A stretch of DNA of 64,000 bases, from IMG/VR virus record IMGVR_UViG_3300028399_000005, positions 1 through 64,000 of that record; one strand, given 5' to 3'. The notes under the pieces are model-generated. The model worked only from the letters and a program-made list of their open reading frames with translations, was not told the DNA's origin and did not search any database. Positions 1 through 10,126 of the stretch are shown here, in pieces. Both the position numbers and the translations under genes were made by a program. Source of the DNA: a virus. Numbering within the stretch: position 1 is the first letter of the stretch; the number at the start of each line of letters is the position of its first letter.

Positions 1-392
1 CCGCAGATGGGAGACTTCCTGAACAGCCCGCCAACGAACACTTTTGAGCTGTTCAGATCGGCACCGCAAACGTCGCAATTGCGCTCGTACTTGGACTTGC
101 GGTACCTCTTTATTTTGAAGTCCCCTTCTCGGACGATTTCGGGGATTTCGGCAACGGCGCGCTGATAGGCGTGTTCCCGCCTATTCTGAATCATTTCTTC
201 CTCGGTTAGGAAGACTGGGTGCACGAGTGCATCACAAGTAAAGCACTCGTACGCGCCATTGAAGATCATTTGCAAGTGCTCAAAACAAGTAGGGCAAGCG
301 GGCTTGTAGCCTCTTGCCACCATTTCTACTTGAATTTGAAATAGATTTACAGCCTGTGCAGTTTTTTCTCGAAGGTCTTTGAGGTCTGTCAT
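1..392 (-). CDS. Zn-ribbon hypothetical protein, runs off the window edge
   Basis: ATG at 392 directly after a class I promoter; manual translation MTDLKDLREK...CPTC...CFTC...CDVC. Confidence 0.7.
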   Translation of the reverse strand, partial: MTDLKDLREKTAQAVNLFQIQVEMVARGYKPACPTCFEHLQMIFNGAYECFTCDALVHPVFLTEEEMIQNRREHAYQRAVAEIPEIVREGDFKIKRYRKSKYERNCDVCGADLNSSKVFVGGLFRKSPIC

Positions 393-502
393 CAATATAC
401 TATAGGAAACAATAATATATAAAAGTTGTGGTAAAAAACATGAGATATTCATTGTTCTAACGGGAAGAATCGTATAAAAACGGCGCAACGCTGAGTGCCA
501 CA

Positions 503-1057
503 ATGAATGAACAGCAGTACTCGAAGCTATACGACCTCTTGCGAGAAGAAGGCAGGATCGAGTATTACTCGCTCGAAGCCTCGAAGAACAAGGTCGCCCT
601 CTACGAGCACTTTCTTACCGAGAACTCGATCATCCAGACGAACAAGGTGATCGAGGCGAGGAAGTGGCGGGCGAAAAAAACGATCGAAGCCGTGCGCTAC
701 TATTTCATGAAAGAGATCGCCGACCTTGCCCATCAGCGCCTCGTCAAGCACGAGAAAAAAGCACGCCTCGAAGAGCTCGAAGAGCGAGCCTTCATGTGCC
801 AGTCTGCCCTCAAAAACTTGGAAAACCTCAGCAATAGCATCGTCGTTTCTTTTCTTGATCCGCACGAAGCGTCGTGGGTGTTTTTCTACATGTCCACGCT
901 TGCGACGCTCACGCCAGAAAAAGTCCAAACGTATAATGACGTTGTGTTCTCGCTCGCAATCGAGGAAATATGGTTCTGGGCGTGGAAGTACCGCCAGATC
1001 GGGCGCCCAGCCGTGAACGCCTTCAAGGTCATGTACCGAGACAAAGCAGAGATTTAG
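503..1057 (+). CDS. hypothetical protein
   Basis: 184-aa ORF preceded by GTTCTAACG box (454) and a TATA-like element. Confidence 0.75.
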   Translation: MNEQQYSKLYDLLREEGRIEYYSLEASKNKVALYEHFLTENSIIQTNKVIEARKWRAKKTIEAVRYYFMKEIADLAHQRLVKHEKKARLEELEERAFMCQSALKNLENLSNSIVVSFLDPHEASWVFFYMSTLATLTPEKVQTYNDVVFSLAIEEIWFWAWKYRQIGRPAVNAFKVMYRDKAEI

Positions 1058-1069
1058 TTTTCTGGCACT

Positions 1070-2674
1070 TCAAAGATTAAGGTTCGAGACGAAGAGGAAG
1101 CCCTTGCTGGATTCCTTCCATCCTTCGACGGCTTTTAGGAGCGCCATCACGGTGTCCGTGTGGGGTGCGACGCTCAAATACTTGTTCTTGTCGGGGTCGT
1201 AGTACCAACCCGCAAGCTCGTCTTTGAGGATCTGCATTTCTTCCCGACCGATCTTGTTCCCGACGGCGAAACGGAGCCTGTTCGTCTCGAAGAGCGGGAG
1301 CAACGAAGGAATGCCGTGCTTGTCGTCGTGCTTCTCGATGCCCGTTTTCGACTGGATCACTGGAATGCGGTAGTCGCCGACGATTCGAGGGTCTGTTGCA
1401 AGGTCTGCCCAGAGCTCTTGGAACTGGTTCGTCTCAATCACGACTTTTCTCGCCTCGTAGCGCTTCGCCATTTCGACGAGCTTCTTGAGCTTCCACGAAT
1501 AGTTTTTGTTGTGCGTTTTCGGGACTCTGAACACTTCTCGGATGATAGCGTAGCCAGGCTCTTCGCTCGTACGCCGAGAACCGCTGTAGCGCCCGAACGT
1601 CTCGATCGCTACGTAGACAGTCCACGAGGCTTTCTCGTCCGTCCCACGGGCGAGGTCGACGCCGATGAACACAACGCCGTCCTCGGCGTGGTGCGCTGGC
1701 GTATCCATGTCGCAAGCGTCGAGCAACGAATACGGGAAGATGCTCGCCTCGTCGGAGAGAGGCATGCAGAGGTATTCCCGTGCGAAGCGGATCTCGCCTT
1801 GGTCGATGCGTTGCTCTTCGAGGTACCACTTTGGGCGGACTTTGGGCCAGAGGGCGTTCCCGTTCTCGTCGAGCGCCGAGTAGCGGGCGCCCACGTAAAC
1901 GCCTTGCTCGACTTTTTCGAGGAGTTTCGCCAAAAGGTCGTCGTGGCGCAACGGCGTCCCCACGACGGCGATCCTCGTGCCAGGCGTGAGCATCCCGACG
2001 AGGGTCTGGAAGTAGAGTTGCTCGATCAGCTTCGGGCTCACGTATTGCTTGTCGGTCAAAAGGTCGTCGCAGAGGATCAAGTGCGGGTGCTTCCCGCGGA
2101 GCCCCGAGATGAGCGCCTTGCTCTTAAGGATCGATCCGTTCGAGAGCTCCGTGATGAAAGCGCTTTCCCGCACGATCCGTATCGGAAGATTGAGGCGCCG
2201 AAGCGCTATTTTCAAGTACTTTCGGAAATTAGCGTCCCCGCTCGCGTGCCACTCGTCCGCCTGGTCTTGCGAGAACGAGACTTGCAAGATGTAGAACCCC
2301 TTGACGTCCGAGTCCTCGCTCATGTCGTCGAAGAGCGTCGCCACGGAGTGTAGCTTGTCTTTTTCGAGGTCTCGCTCGAGCCGTAGCCCCGTGAGCTTTG
2401 CGTACTGCTCTGGGAAGATCATCGCCCAGACGGCGAAGACTTGGAAGAACGTGCTTTTCCCGTGCCCTCTCGGCGCCATGATGACGGCTCGCCCTTTCTT
2501 GTGGGTCATGAACTGGTACCATTCTCTGTGAAAATCGGGGAAGTCGAAGCGCATGATGTTTTCTACGAAGTAGCGGAAGCTTCTCTTCGCAGATTCCACG
2601 TGCGCCCTAAACGACACTATGTGGCTTTGATGTGCTCTCATTTGTTGTGCTTTCGACATTTTTTCGGGTTTCAC
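1070..2674 (-). CDS. terL: terminase large subunit
   Basis: Walker A APRGHGKS, LRGKHPHLILCDD Walker B, VVGTP coupling motif, RNase H-like nuclease GVDLA and C-terminal HTDTVMAL. Confidence 0.95.
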   Translation of the reverse strand: MKPEKMSKAQQMRAHQSHIVSFRAHVESAKRSFRYFVENIMRFDFPDFHREWYQFMTHKKGRAVIMAPRGHGKSTFFQVFAVWAMIFPEQYAKLTGLRLERDLEKDKLHSVATLFDDMSEDSDVKGFYILQVSFSQDQADEWHASGDANFRKYLKIALRRLNLPIRIVRESAFITELSNGSILKSKALISGLRGKHPHLILCDDLLTDKQYVSPKLIEQLYFQTLVGMLTPGTRIAVVGTPLRHDDLLAKLLEKVEQGVYVGARYSALDENGNALWPKVRPKWYLEEQRIDQGEIRFAREYLCMPLSDEASIFPYSLLDACDMDTPAHHAEDGVVFIGVDLARGTDEKASWTVYVAIETFGRYSGSRRTSEEPGYAIIREVFRVPKTHNKNYSWKLKKLVEMAKRYEARKVVIETNQFQELWADLATDPRIVGDYRIPVIQSKTGIEKHDDKHGIPSLLPLFETNRLRFAVGNKIGREEMQILKDELAGWYYDPDKNKYLSVAPHTDTVMALLKAVEGWKESSKGFLFVSNLNL

Positions 2675-2794
2675 TTTGTCTGTGGGCGTTTTTAAGGATT
2701 CGTCTCAGTGCTTCTTTTTTCCGTAGTGAACGGAGAGAGGCTCACGATTTAGCGTGTCGCACGTAGAAGACGAGAAGCCTTGTAGTCCCCGTAG

Positions 2795-3625
2795 ATGATT
2801 TTTTAAAATTTTTTATCTTTTTTCGCGCATTTTTTCGAGAATCATGAAATCCAGTTTTTGGGTAGAAGAAGCTTCCTTCTCGGAGAATCGACGATTATTT
2901 TTTATTTTTCAGTACCCCCCGCGGTAGCCTATAGAATCAGGAATCCTACTACTAAGCCCTAAGACCCCAGAATTTTCAAAAAAAGAACCAAAAAACCTAC
3001 TATTTTTTAGATTCTTTTTTTTCAATATTTCGCGTTATTTTTCACATTATTTTCAATATCTTACTTTGCTCGGAGGCTTTCCCTTTTTTCATTTTTTACT
3101 ATTTTCCTATTATTTTTTTATTATTTTCAATACTATATACGATAGAATACTAAATCCATAACCTTTAAATATTAGCCCAATATATAATTACTAATATAAT
3201 ATATCATATATTATAATATATGATTCTCAGCTATTCCCGAAATCGGCGCCCCCTATAATAATATAATATCTAGTACAGCAGGCGGAAAACGACGTTGTCT
3301 ATCGAGGGGGGTACTGAAAAAAATAAAAAAATATAGTGATTTTTTAGAATTTAAAAGATTCAGACCGCCAGAAGCAATTCTAAAAAATGGAAAAAAAGTG
3401 AAAAATAACGCGAAAAATATGAAAAAAATACTTCAAGGGGCGACGGCGCAAAAATCGAACGTCGTGGGAGATTCCCTCTCTTCATCAGCGTCTATCGCAC
3501 CCCCCATTGAAAAATAAAAAAATAATCATCAATTTTTCAAAATTTAATACCTAAGGCGAATGTAAGACCATTTTAGAAATTGAAAAGAATATGAAAAATA
3601 ACGCGAAAAATATGAAAAAAATGTT
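2795..3625. repeat. AT-rich iteron-containing region A (inverted copy of 50893-51696); candidate origin or packaging region
   Basis: No ORF; repeated boxes TTTCGCGTTATTTTTCA and GATTATTTTTTATTTTTCAGTACCCCC in both orientations around an AT-rich centre. Confidence 0.85.
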
Positions 3626-3770
3626 TCACGGTGTGTAGCTCGATTTTGCGGGCACGGCTTCCCCGTTAGAACGGGGCGATTCTCTTATATTTTACGTCTC
3701 TAAGGCTTACACGAGCGGTTTCTCAACGGGCGTTCTCGCCTGTTCGGGCAAGCTCAAGAGATGATGAAGA

Positions 3771-4016
3771 ATGAAACGTAGAAGAACAAACTGGGAAAAC
3801 AGATTCTACGAAATCCTACTGATGGTCGCCGTGTGGCAAGTCCTTTTGCTACAAGTTCTGTACCTCGCCATCATCGAGGGCGAAATGTCGTTGTACTGGG
3901 GATTCTTCAAGCTAAGCGCTCTCGCTTTCTTCGTGTTCCTCGTGGCGGAAGGCGTTTCTTTCCTTCGGGACAAGCGCAAGGCGACCCAAGAAGCCGATCT
4001 CGGCGTTCTCATATAG
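3771..4016 (+). CDS. small membrane protein (2 predicted TM helices)
   Basis: Two hydrophobic stretches, basic N-terminus; class II promoter box at 3664. Confidence 0.65.
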   Translation: MKRRRTNWENRFYEILLMVAVWQVLLLQVLYLAIIEGEMSLYWGFFKLSALAFFVFLVAEGVSFLRDKRKATQEADLGVLI

Positions 4017-4028
4017 GTTTGCGAGGAG

Positions 4029-4667
4029 ATGCGCATGGCGGTAAAATACTATCTGGGTACGAAGAAAGACAAGGAAGAATTCTTGCAACGGATGGAACGG
4101 CTCTTTGACCACATGGTGCTTACGGATCGAGTGATCATCACGACCGAGGAGTGGACTGGGAAAATAGAGGGGCCAAAAGAAGGGGAGAAATTTATCAAGT
4201 ACTTTCGTCCCTTGGTACCAACGGAGTTCATCCATCATCAATCGTACAATGTTTTTGCGTTGAATTCCGATGAGTTCGCAATCATCGGCGTAAAGACATT
4301 GGAGACGAGCGACAAGATACGAAAGGAACGCAAAGACGCCTGGCGAAAGAAAGAGCTTCTCACCGAGGAAGAGATCAGAGCTTCGTGGGCTTCGAAGGAG
4401 AAGGAAAACGCTGAGAAGGGAACCGAGGGACTGAAAACAATCAATAAAGTAGGTGATAGTAAAATGGAAGAAAACAATGGAAAGTATCTTGTTGTCTATA
4501 TGGAGAATCGGGAACTGATTTTCAATTTCTACGAGTCGTCGGAGCAAGTCGTCGATTTCTTGCGATCGGTCGAACTTGAACAAGTAGGCGAGACGATCTT
4601 TGTCTTCAAGGCGGTCGATGGAAGGATCGCCCAAGTTCGGGTCTCGCTGTCCTTGGTCGAGAGCTGA
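4029..4667 (+). CDS. hypothetical protein
   Basis: 212-aa ORF with GAGGAG RBS. Confidence 0.7.
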   Translation: MRMAVKYYLGTKKDKEEFLQRMERLFDHMVLTDRVIITTEEWTGKIEGPKEGEKFIKYFRPLVPTEFIHHQSYNVFALNSDEFAIIGVKTLETSDKIRKERKDAWRKKELLTEEEIRASWASKEKENAEKGTEGLKTINKVGDSKMEENNGKYLVVYMENRELIFNFYESSEQVVDFLRSVELEQVGETIFVFKAVDGRIAQVRVSLSLVES

Positions 4668-4711
4668 GCTTTTCGTCGCCACTGCTAAACCTTCAAATAG
4701 CCTTTCTTCCA

Positions 4712-4984
4712 ATGAACGACCAAGAAACGATTAAAGGTGAAACAAAAATGGTTCTTTTCGACAAACTTATTCGGAAGCCCGAGAAATGCGCCACGTGCGG
4801 GCACGAGCGTGGCTACCATTTTCGGGACAAGGTGTGCGACAAGTGCAGTGATGCGTTGAACGGTCTTCTCGCCAAGAGCAAGAAGATCCACTATCGGGAC
4901 TTGAAGCGCTATCGTTGCGCCGACAATTACGTGTATCGGCTCGCCGAGAACAGGCTCCGATCAACGACGAAACCGTTGAAGTAG
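4712..4984 (+). CDS. small Zn-finger protein
   Basis: CATC...CDKC; AGGTGA RBS suggests the start is 4748. Confidence 0.6.
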   Translation: MNDQETIKGETKMVLFDKLIRKPEKCATCGHERGYHFRDKVCDKCSDALNGLLAKSKKIHYRDLKRYRCADNYVYRLAENRLRSTTKPLK

Positions 4985-5079
4985 CGTCGTGTATCCTCGC
5001 CATAGCGCTTTTCCGAGAAAAAAGCGCTGTTATAACGACGCATTGGTTTTTTATATTTTCGCCGAGTCTTTTCTATTAA

Positions 5080-5379
5080 ATGAAGCTCGAAGATATTTTC
5101 GCCTGGTTCGAAGAAGAGCCAGAGCTATGGAAGGCCTACGTCCTTAGGGAACGGCTTGCGTACTTTCGAGCGCTGATGAAACGAAAAATGCTTCTCTGCC
5201 CCGTTTGCGGTTCCTACATAAAAGCGGTCGAGTACAACAACACGGGCGCTCTTTGGTGCGATTCGTGCGCCAAGTGGCTCGACAGCGAATCTGCCGTGAT
5301 AGTTGCTGGGGAGCCAAATAACCAAGGTTATCGGGGCGAGAAGGAAAACTCAATTCTTCAAAAAATATTGAGAGAGTGA
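5080..5379 (+). CDS. Zn-ribbon protein
   Basis: CPVC...CDSC; class II promoter box at 5029. Confidence 0.7.
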   Translation: MKLEDIFAWFEEEPELWKAYVLRERLAYFRALMKRKMLLCPVCGSYIKAVEYNNTGALWCDSCAKWLDSESAVIVAGEPNNQGYRGEKENSILQKILRE

Positions 5380-5383
5380 AAAC

Positions 5384-5605
5384 ATGAAAGGAAAGAATGG
5401 TTTGAAATGTAGACATGCCCGCGTCCACGGCGCGCACTTGGTCGACTACTTCAAAGGAACGAACATGCAAGGACTGGCTTATATTTCCGTCGAAGCGACG
5501 TGCCTCGATTGCAATTCCCTCGTGGTCATGAAAGGCACGGTGATGATCGAAGAATCGCCGACAGTAATCATCGGCGAAGAGGTTCGAGTGGTGCAAAATG
5601 AATGA
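5384..5605 (+). CDS. small hypothetical protein
   Basis: Tightly packed in operon; CxH...CxxC. Confidence 0.55.
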   Translation: MKGKNGLKCRHARVHGAHLVDYFKGTNMQGLAYISVEATCLDCNSLVVMKGTVMIEESPTVIIGEEVRVVQNE

Positions 5606-5873
5606 GCAAGAAGCCGTGAGCGGGGCGCCCATCGAGTACGTGCGAGAAGTGGACTCTTGCGTCGCAGGCTCACTCGTCCACGTGGGCGCCGAGGGGAAAG
5701 TAGATCACTACTTCGACTCGGCGTTCAGTGTCGAGATGTTGCGAGAGCTCCGCGAGCGAGGGGAAGCAAAGACGTACTACCGAGAGATCCTCATCTGCCC
5801 GATTTGCAACAAGTTGTTCCGCTTCTCGATCTTGCTCAGCGAGATCGGCAATAAAAACAAGGCGAAGGGGTGA
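5598..5873 (+). CDS. small hypothetical protein
   Basis: Overlaps upstream stop; CPIC motif. Confidence 0.6.
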   Translation: MNEQEAVSGAPIEYVREVDSCVAGSLVHVGAEGKVDHYFDSAFSVEMLRELRERGEAKTYYREILICPICNKLFRFSILLSEIGNKNKAKG

Positions 5874-5882
5874 TGGCGAAAA

Positions 5883-6677
5883 ATGGTCGAATACAAGCAG
5901 ACCCGCGTGGAACTCATAGACCGCATGGGGGACGACTTGGCGATCGTGAACTCCGCTCGCATGAGTTTTGGGCGGGGCGACGCGTCCGAGCGGTCGCAAG
6001 AAGAAAACGAACGATTGATTCGCTACCTCTGGTGGCACGGCCACCACACCCCGTTCGAGATGGTTCAGTTCGTGTTCGAAGTCGAGTGCCCGATCTTCGT
6101 AGCGAGGCAGATCATGCGCCACAGGGCGTTCTCGTACAACGAGGTGTCTCGGCGCTACACTGACGACGACGTGGCGTTCTACGACTATCGTTTCCGATCA
6201 AAAGACACTTCGAAAACGAAGCAAGGGAGCGGGATAGTCCTCGGGCGCGTGTCGTGGAACGCGAAGATCTACGGGGACGCCGACATTATTTTTCGCAACA
6301 CTCGGTACTTGTACCGTCGCCTCGTCGAGCAAGACAACGTTTCCCCCGAGACCGCCCGTGTCGTCCTACCCATCAACGCAATGACGAAGTTCTACATGCG
6401 CGCCGATCTCCGTAACTTGTTCCATTTCCTCGAGCTCCGCATGGACGAGCACGCCCAAGCGGAGACTCGAACCGTGGCGTATCGGATCGCCACGATCGTG
6501 AAAAGCGTCGTCCCGCTCGCCTGGAAAGCGTTCGACGAGAAGCGAAGACTCGACAACGTTATTCGGCGGGAAGGCTATGCAATCTTCAAACGAAACAACG
6601 GCTTCGAATTTAGCGAGTTCCTTGCATGGCTACGCGATAGCATCCGAAAATACGCCGAGGAGTTGGAAAGCAAATGA
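5883..6677 (+). CDS. thyX: flavin-dependent thymidylate synthase
   Basis: GHHTPFE, RHRxxSYNEVSRRY ThyX motif, ARVVLP, HAQAETR. Confidence 0.95.
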   Translation: MVEYKQTRVELIDRMGDDLAIVNSARMSFGRGDASERSQEENERLIRYLWWHGHHTPFEMVQFVFEVECPIFVARQIMRHRAFSYNEVSRRYTDDDVAFYDYRFRSKDTSKTKQGSGIVLGRVSWNAKIYGDADIIFRNTRYLYRRLVEQDNVSPETARVVLPINAMTKFYMRADLRNLFHFLELRMDEHAQAETRTVAYRIATIVKSVVPLAWKAFDEKRRLDNVIRREGYAIFKRNNGFEFSEFLAWLRDSIRKYAEELESK

Positions 6678-7123
6678 GGCTCTTGGACAACTTCGTGTTG
6701 CGGTTCGTCGCCCTCGACAAGTTCTCCGACAGCATGATCAACGAGCAAGGCGTCAAGATCCACGCCTACTACCATGGCATCGAGATCGTGGACAAGGACA
6801 CCATGGGCTCGATCTACCCCGTGATCAAGAACGGCGTCGTCGTGGCTTACGCCATGAAGCGCGTGCGGGTCTTCGTCCGCTTCTACGTCCCGTTCTCGCC
6901 CGTCGCAAGCGACACGTTTGCCTACGAACGATTGCGCCGAGAACGGTCGGAAGGAGCTCTAACCAAACTAATGGCTTTCCTCGTCGAGAACGCCGACGAG
7001 ATCGTCGAAAAAGCCAGCAAGCCAGTCGTGCGGGAAAGCCTCGTGTTGCTGTCCGTCGTCCCCGACAACGACTACTTGCTCGAGTACGACCCAGAAAAAG
7101 ACGAGGTGGCAGAGGATGAGTAG
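6674..7123 (+). CDS. hypothetical protein
   Basis: ATGA coupling to thyX. Confidence 0.7.
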   Translation: MRLLDNFVLRFVALDKFSDSMINEQGVKIHAYYHGIEIVDKDTMGSIYPVIKNGVVVAYAMKRVRVFVRFYVPFSPVASDTFAYERLRRERSEGALTKLMAFLVENADEIVEKASKPVVRESLVLLSVVPDNDYLLEYDPEKDEVAEDE

Positions 7124-7493
7124 GAACGGCAAGGTCTCGAAGTGGTTCGGCGTCCCGTTCTTGTCGCTCGAGGTCGAGAAAATGACCTCGAAGGACGTGA
7201 TCGACCTTTGGGTCGAGAACGGGAAGAAGCTCCCGAAACTCCAATACGTCCGCTCGTTCGTCATCCTTCAAGAAAGTCCCGACAAGTTCTCGTGCTGGCG
7301 GTGCGGGGGAAGGAACGCTCTCTGCAAGGTCTGGCTCACGAACGGCGTCGTCGGAGTCCTCTGCTGGGAGTGCGTGCGGGAACAAGCCTACTTCAACGCC
7401 CCGCTCGCACAAATTCGTAGGATCCGAAAGATAACCAAATCAGCGGGTGGTAAGAGTGCCAAAAAACGCAAACGGCGAAAAGGTCATGTTTAA
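7116..7493 (+). CDS. Zn-binding hypothetical protein
   Basis: CWRC...CWEC, basic tail, overlapping operon gene. Confidence 0.65.
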   Translation: MSRNGKVSKWFGVPFLSLEVEKMTSKDVIDLWVENGKKLPKLQYVRSFVILQESPDKFSCWRCGGRNALCKVWLTNGVVGVLCWECVREQAYFNAPLAQIRRIRKITKSAGGKSAKKRKRRKGHV

Positions 7494-7611
7494 GGTCTCG
7501 AAGCACATGCTCGAGAAAATCGACGAGCTCATAGAGAAAAACGGCTACAAGAACCGCGCCGACGTGGTTCGCGAAGCCGTCAAGAACCTAATCGAGAAAG
7601 AGCTCGAATAA
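7456..7611 (+). CDS. ribbon-helix-helix (CopG/NikR-like) DNA-binding protein
   Basis: Not in the ORF track (51 aa); manual translation ...VMFKVSKHMLEKIDELIEKNGYKNRADVVREAVKNLIEKELE fits the RHH pattern. Confidence 0.75.
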   Translation: MPKNANGEKVMFKVSKHMLEKIDELIEKNGYKNRADVVREAVKNLIEKELE

Positions 7612-7684
7612 CTTTTCTCCTTCTTTTTTCCTTCAATCGTTCTAACGGGAATCAAAGCTTTTTAACCGTCGAGCCAAACGAAAA

Positions 7685-8713
7685 GTGATGATACAGCAAT
7701 CGCAAGAACAACAGCCCTTGAACGAAAAATACCGCCCAAAGACGCTCGACGAAGTGATCGGCCAAGACGAGGTCGTCGAAGCGATCAAGAACGTGCTTCA
7801 AGCGGGCTACACTTCGCACTTTCTCTTCGTCGGCGCCCCTGGGTGCGGAAAAACAACGATCGCCCAGATCGTGGCGAACATGATCCTCGAAAAACGACAA
7901 TCAGACAGCGTGGTCGACGAGGGAGCGATCTTCATGACGAACGCCTCGGACGATCGGGGGATAGACTACGTGCGGGACGTGATCCGCCACAAGATCGAGC
8001 AAGAACGGTTCTTCGTGATCATCCTCGACGAAGCGGACGCCCTCACCTACCAGGCGCAAGACGCTCTTCGCGGGCTCATGGAACTCGCTGGCAAGCGAGG
8101 GAAGCCCTTTATCCTCACGGGGAACTACGAGAACCGCTTCTCGCCCCCGATCCTCAGTAGGTGCATGGTCTTCAAGTTCCGCAAGCTCTCTTGGAAAGAA
8201 ATCGGTTTCCGCTTGCTCGAAATCGCCGAGAGCGAGGGGATCGAGGTTCCGCAAACCCCCGAGTACGCCCAGTTCTTCAAATTCATCTCCGAGCGGGCGG
8301 ACGGAGACCTTCGGGAAGCAATAGACTACTTGCAAAGCGCCATCTACGTCGACGAGAACGGCGAGAAGCGAATCAACACGAGCATCGCCGTCCAACAACA
8401 AAAACCCAAAGAAATGCTCAAGCAGTTCTTTGCCCTCGTCCGCCGAGGAGAGACCGAGGGGATCGTCAGCGACGTTCGCCACATCGAAGAGCTCCTTCAA
8501 GATGGTAAGCTCCTGCCCGACGACATCGTGAAAACCGCCTACGAGTGGGTGATCGAAAGCAAGCTCTCCGATGAAGAGATTCGCAAACATATCATAGCGA
8601 TCGCCGACACCGAGGCGCGTCTCAAGCTCGGGACGCAACCAATCATCCAGTTCGCCTACCTCATTTCCAGAATCTACCAGAACGCCCTCGAAGCAAACGG
8701 TGGTGCTCGCTGA
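7685..8713 (+). CDS. rfcS: replication factor C small subunit (clamp loader)
   Basis: EKYRPKTL, GAPGCGKTT, NASDDRGIDYVR, ILDEAD, SRC, GDLR motifs. Confidence 0.93.
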   Translation: MMIQQSQEQQPLNEKYRPKTLDEVIGQDEVVEAIKNVLQAGYTSHFLFVGAPGCGKTTIAQIVANMILEKRQSDSVVDEGAIFMTNASDDRGIDYVRDVIRHKIEQERFFVIILDEADALTYQAQDALRGLMELAGKRGKPFILTGNYENRFSPPILSRCMVFKFRKLSWKEIGFRLLEIAESEGIEVPQTPEYAQFFKFISERADGDLREAIDYLQSAIYVDENGEKRINTSIAVQQQKPKEMLKQFFALVRRGETEGIVSDVRHIEELLQDGKLLPDDIVKTAYEWVIESKLSDEEIRKHIIAIADTEARLKLGTQPIIQFAYLISRIYQNALEANGGAR

Positions 8714-9618
8714 TGGAAAACATCCCTCAAGACTCGCTCTTGATCTCGTTCTCGCAATTCGCTCTTCTCGAACAGTGCGAGCGAAAATGGTTCTACAAGT
8801 ACATTCGCCTCATTCCCGAGCCGATCGAGGACTCGAAATACCTCGTCCTCGGGAAAGCACTGCACGGCGCTTTCGAACGCACCCTCGCCTTCCTCGCTGG
8901 GCAAGTCGCCACGACGAACGACGCGAAGAAAGCCTTCCTTGCAAGTCTCGAACGAACGCTCGAGGAAATCGAAGACGTGGACTCCGCCACGAGGAGCTTT
9001 GTCGAAGAACGTATTTTCACCGTCGTTCCGACGCTGACGTCGCTCGTGGCGAAGTACTCGCACGTGGCTCAAAGACAAGGGATCGAGAAATACGTCCAGT
9101 ACGAAGTGCCACGCGGGCTCTACGAGAAAAGCGCCCTCGACAGCATGCTCGTCCCATTGTTCGACGACGAGCGCAACGAGGTCATCGACTGGATTCGCCC
9201 AGAACGCGTCATTTTCCGCGGATACGTCGATCTTTTCACGTCAAAGGGCGACGTGATCGACTGGAAAACAGGGCGCCCCTCTCCGCAGAAAATCCAAAAA
9301 TACTCGAAACAAATCCAGACATACGCCTACGTGCTCCGAGAGCTCGGCGAAACCGTGCGGAGCGGGAAAGTCGTGTTCATCGAGAACGGGAGCGAAATCG
9401 ACGTCCCCGTCGACGAGGGCGTCTCTCGTCAAATCGCCGAGAAAGTGTTCCGAAGTCTCATCGACGCCTACGAGCGCCAAGTGCAACCACGCCTCTTCAA
9501 GAAGACAAAGAACGAGTTCGCCTGCAAGTGGTGCGGGTACGCATGGGTCTGTCAAGCCCAAACTTCAAAAACCCTTATCCCGCTTATTAGGAATGAAGCA
9601 CTCGGTGGTCTGTTATGA
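8713..9618 (+). CDS. Cas4/RecB-like PD-(D/E)xK nuclease
   Basis: N-terminal SFSQ...C, GYVD...DWKTG, QxxxY, C-terminal CKWC...C (Fe-S type). Confidence 0.85.
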   Translation: MENIPQDSLLISFSQFALLEQCERKWFYKYIRLIPEPIEDSKYLVLGKALHGAFERTLAFLAGQVATTNDAKKAFLASLERTLEEIEDVDSATRSFVEERIFTVVPTLTSLVAKYSHVAQRQGIEKYVQYEVPRGLYEKSALDSMLVPLFDDERNEVIDWIRPERVIFRGYVDLFTSKGDVIDWKTGRPSPQKIQKYSKQIQTYAYVLRELGETVRSGKVVFIENGSEIDVPVDEGVSRQIAEKVFRSLIDAYERQVQPRLFKKTKNEFACKWCGYAWVCQAQTSKTLIPLIRNEALGGLL

Positions 9619-10073
9619 AGCCGTACTATGTTGGTAACATACGATTGTCTCTCGCCGTCCGAGAAGAGCGCGAAGAAAAATTCAGTTGCGCGTTCGCAAC
9701 AGACTTTGACGGAATCACAGCTAACGACATTGAGAAACTTCTTGATCACTACGAGAACAAATGGGGAAAACAAGTCGACTTCTTGCTCTCTAAGTTCATC
9801 AAGGATATGTACCCCGTCTCCGTGAACGTCAATATGTCCATGACCGTGATCCCGTTCATGAACAAGAAATCCAAGAGAAGAGCCCTCAAACTCACGTCCA
9901 AGCGGAAAGACAGCGAAGAGCTGGGAATGTCCACGATCATGATCGGCTCGCTCGTCCAAGACGCTTTCGACGAACTGCGAGAAACGTTCAGAAGGCACAT
10001 AGACATTCTCGACAACTTCATGTATGCAGGCGTGGACGTCGAAGGCGCTGACAGCCTCTTCGACATGGCATAG
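9615..10073 (+). CDS. hypothetical protein
   Basis: ATGA coupling to the nuclease gene. Confidence 0.7.
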   Translation: MKPYYVGNIRLSLAVREEREEKFSCAFATDFDGITANDIEKLLDHYENKWGKQVDFLLSKFIKDMYPVSVNVNMSMTVIPFMNKKSKRRALKLTSKRKDSEELGMSTIMIGSLVQDAFDELRETFRRHIDILDNFMYAGVDVEGADSLFDMA

Positions 10074-10126
10074 CCCCGTTATTACGGCGCGAAATGCTTT
10101 TATTCTTCCCTTGCGAACCATATCTT

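Noticed and set aside
8713-9618. Cas4 as part of a CRISPR adaptation module
   Set aside because: No cas1/cas2, 34 kb from csf and coupled to rfcS; solo Cas4-like nucleases are common in archaeal viruses
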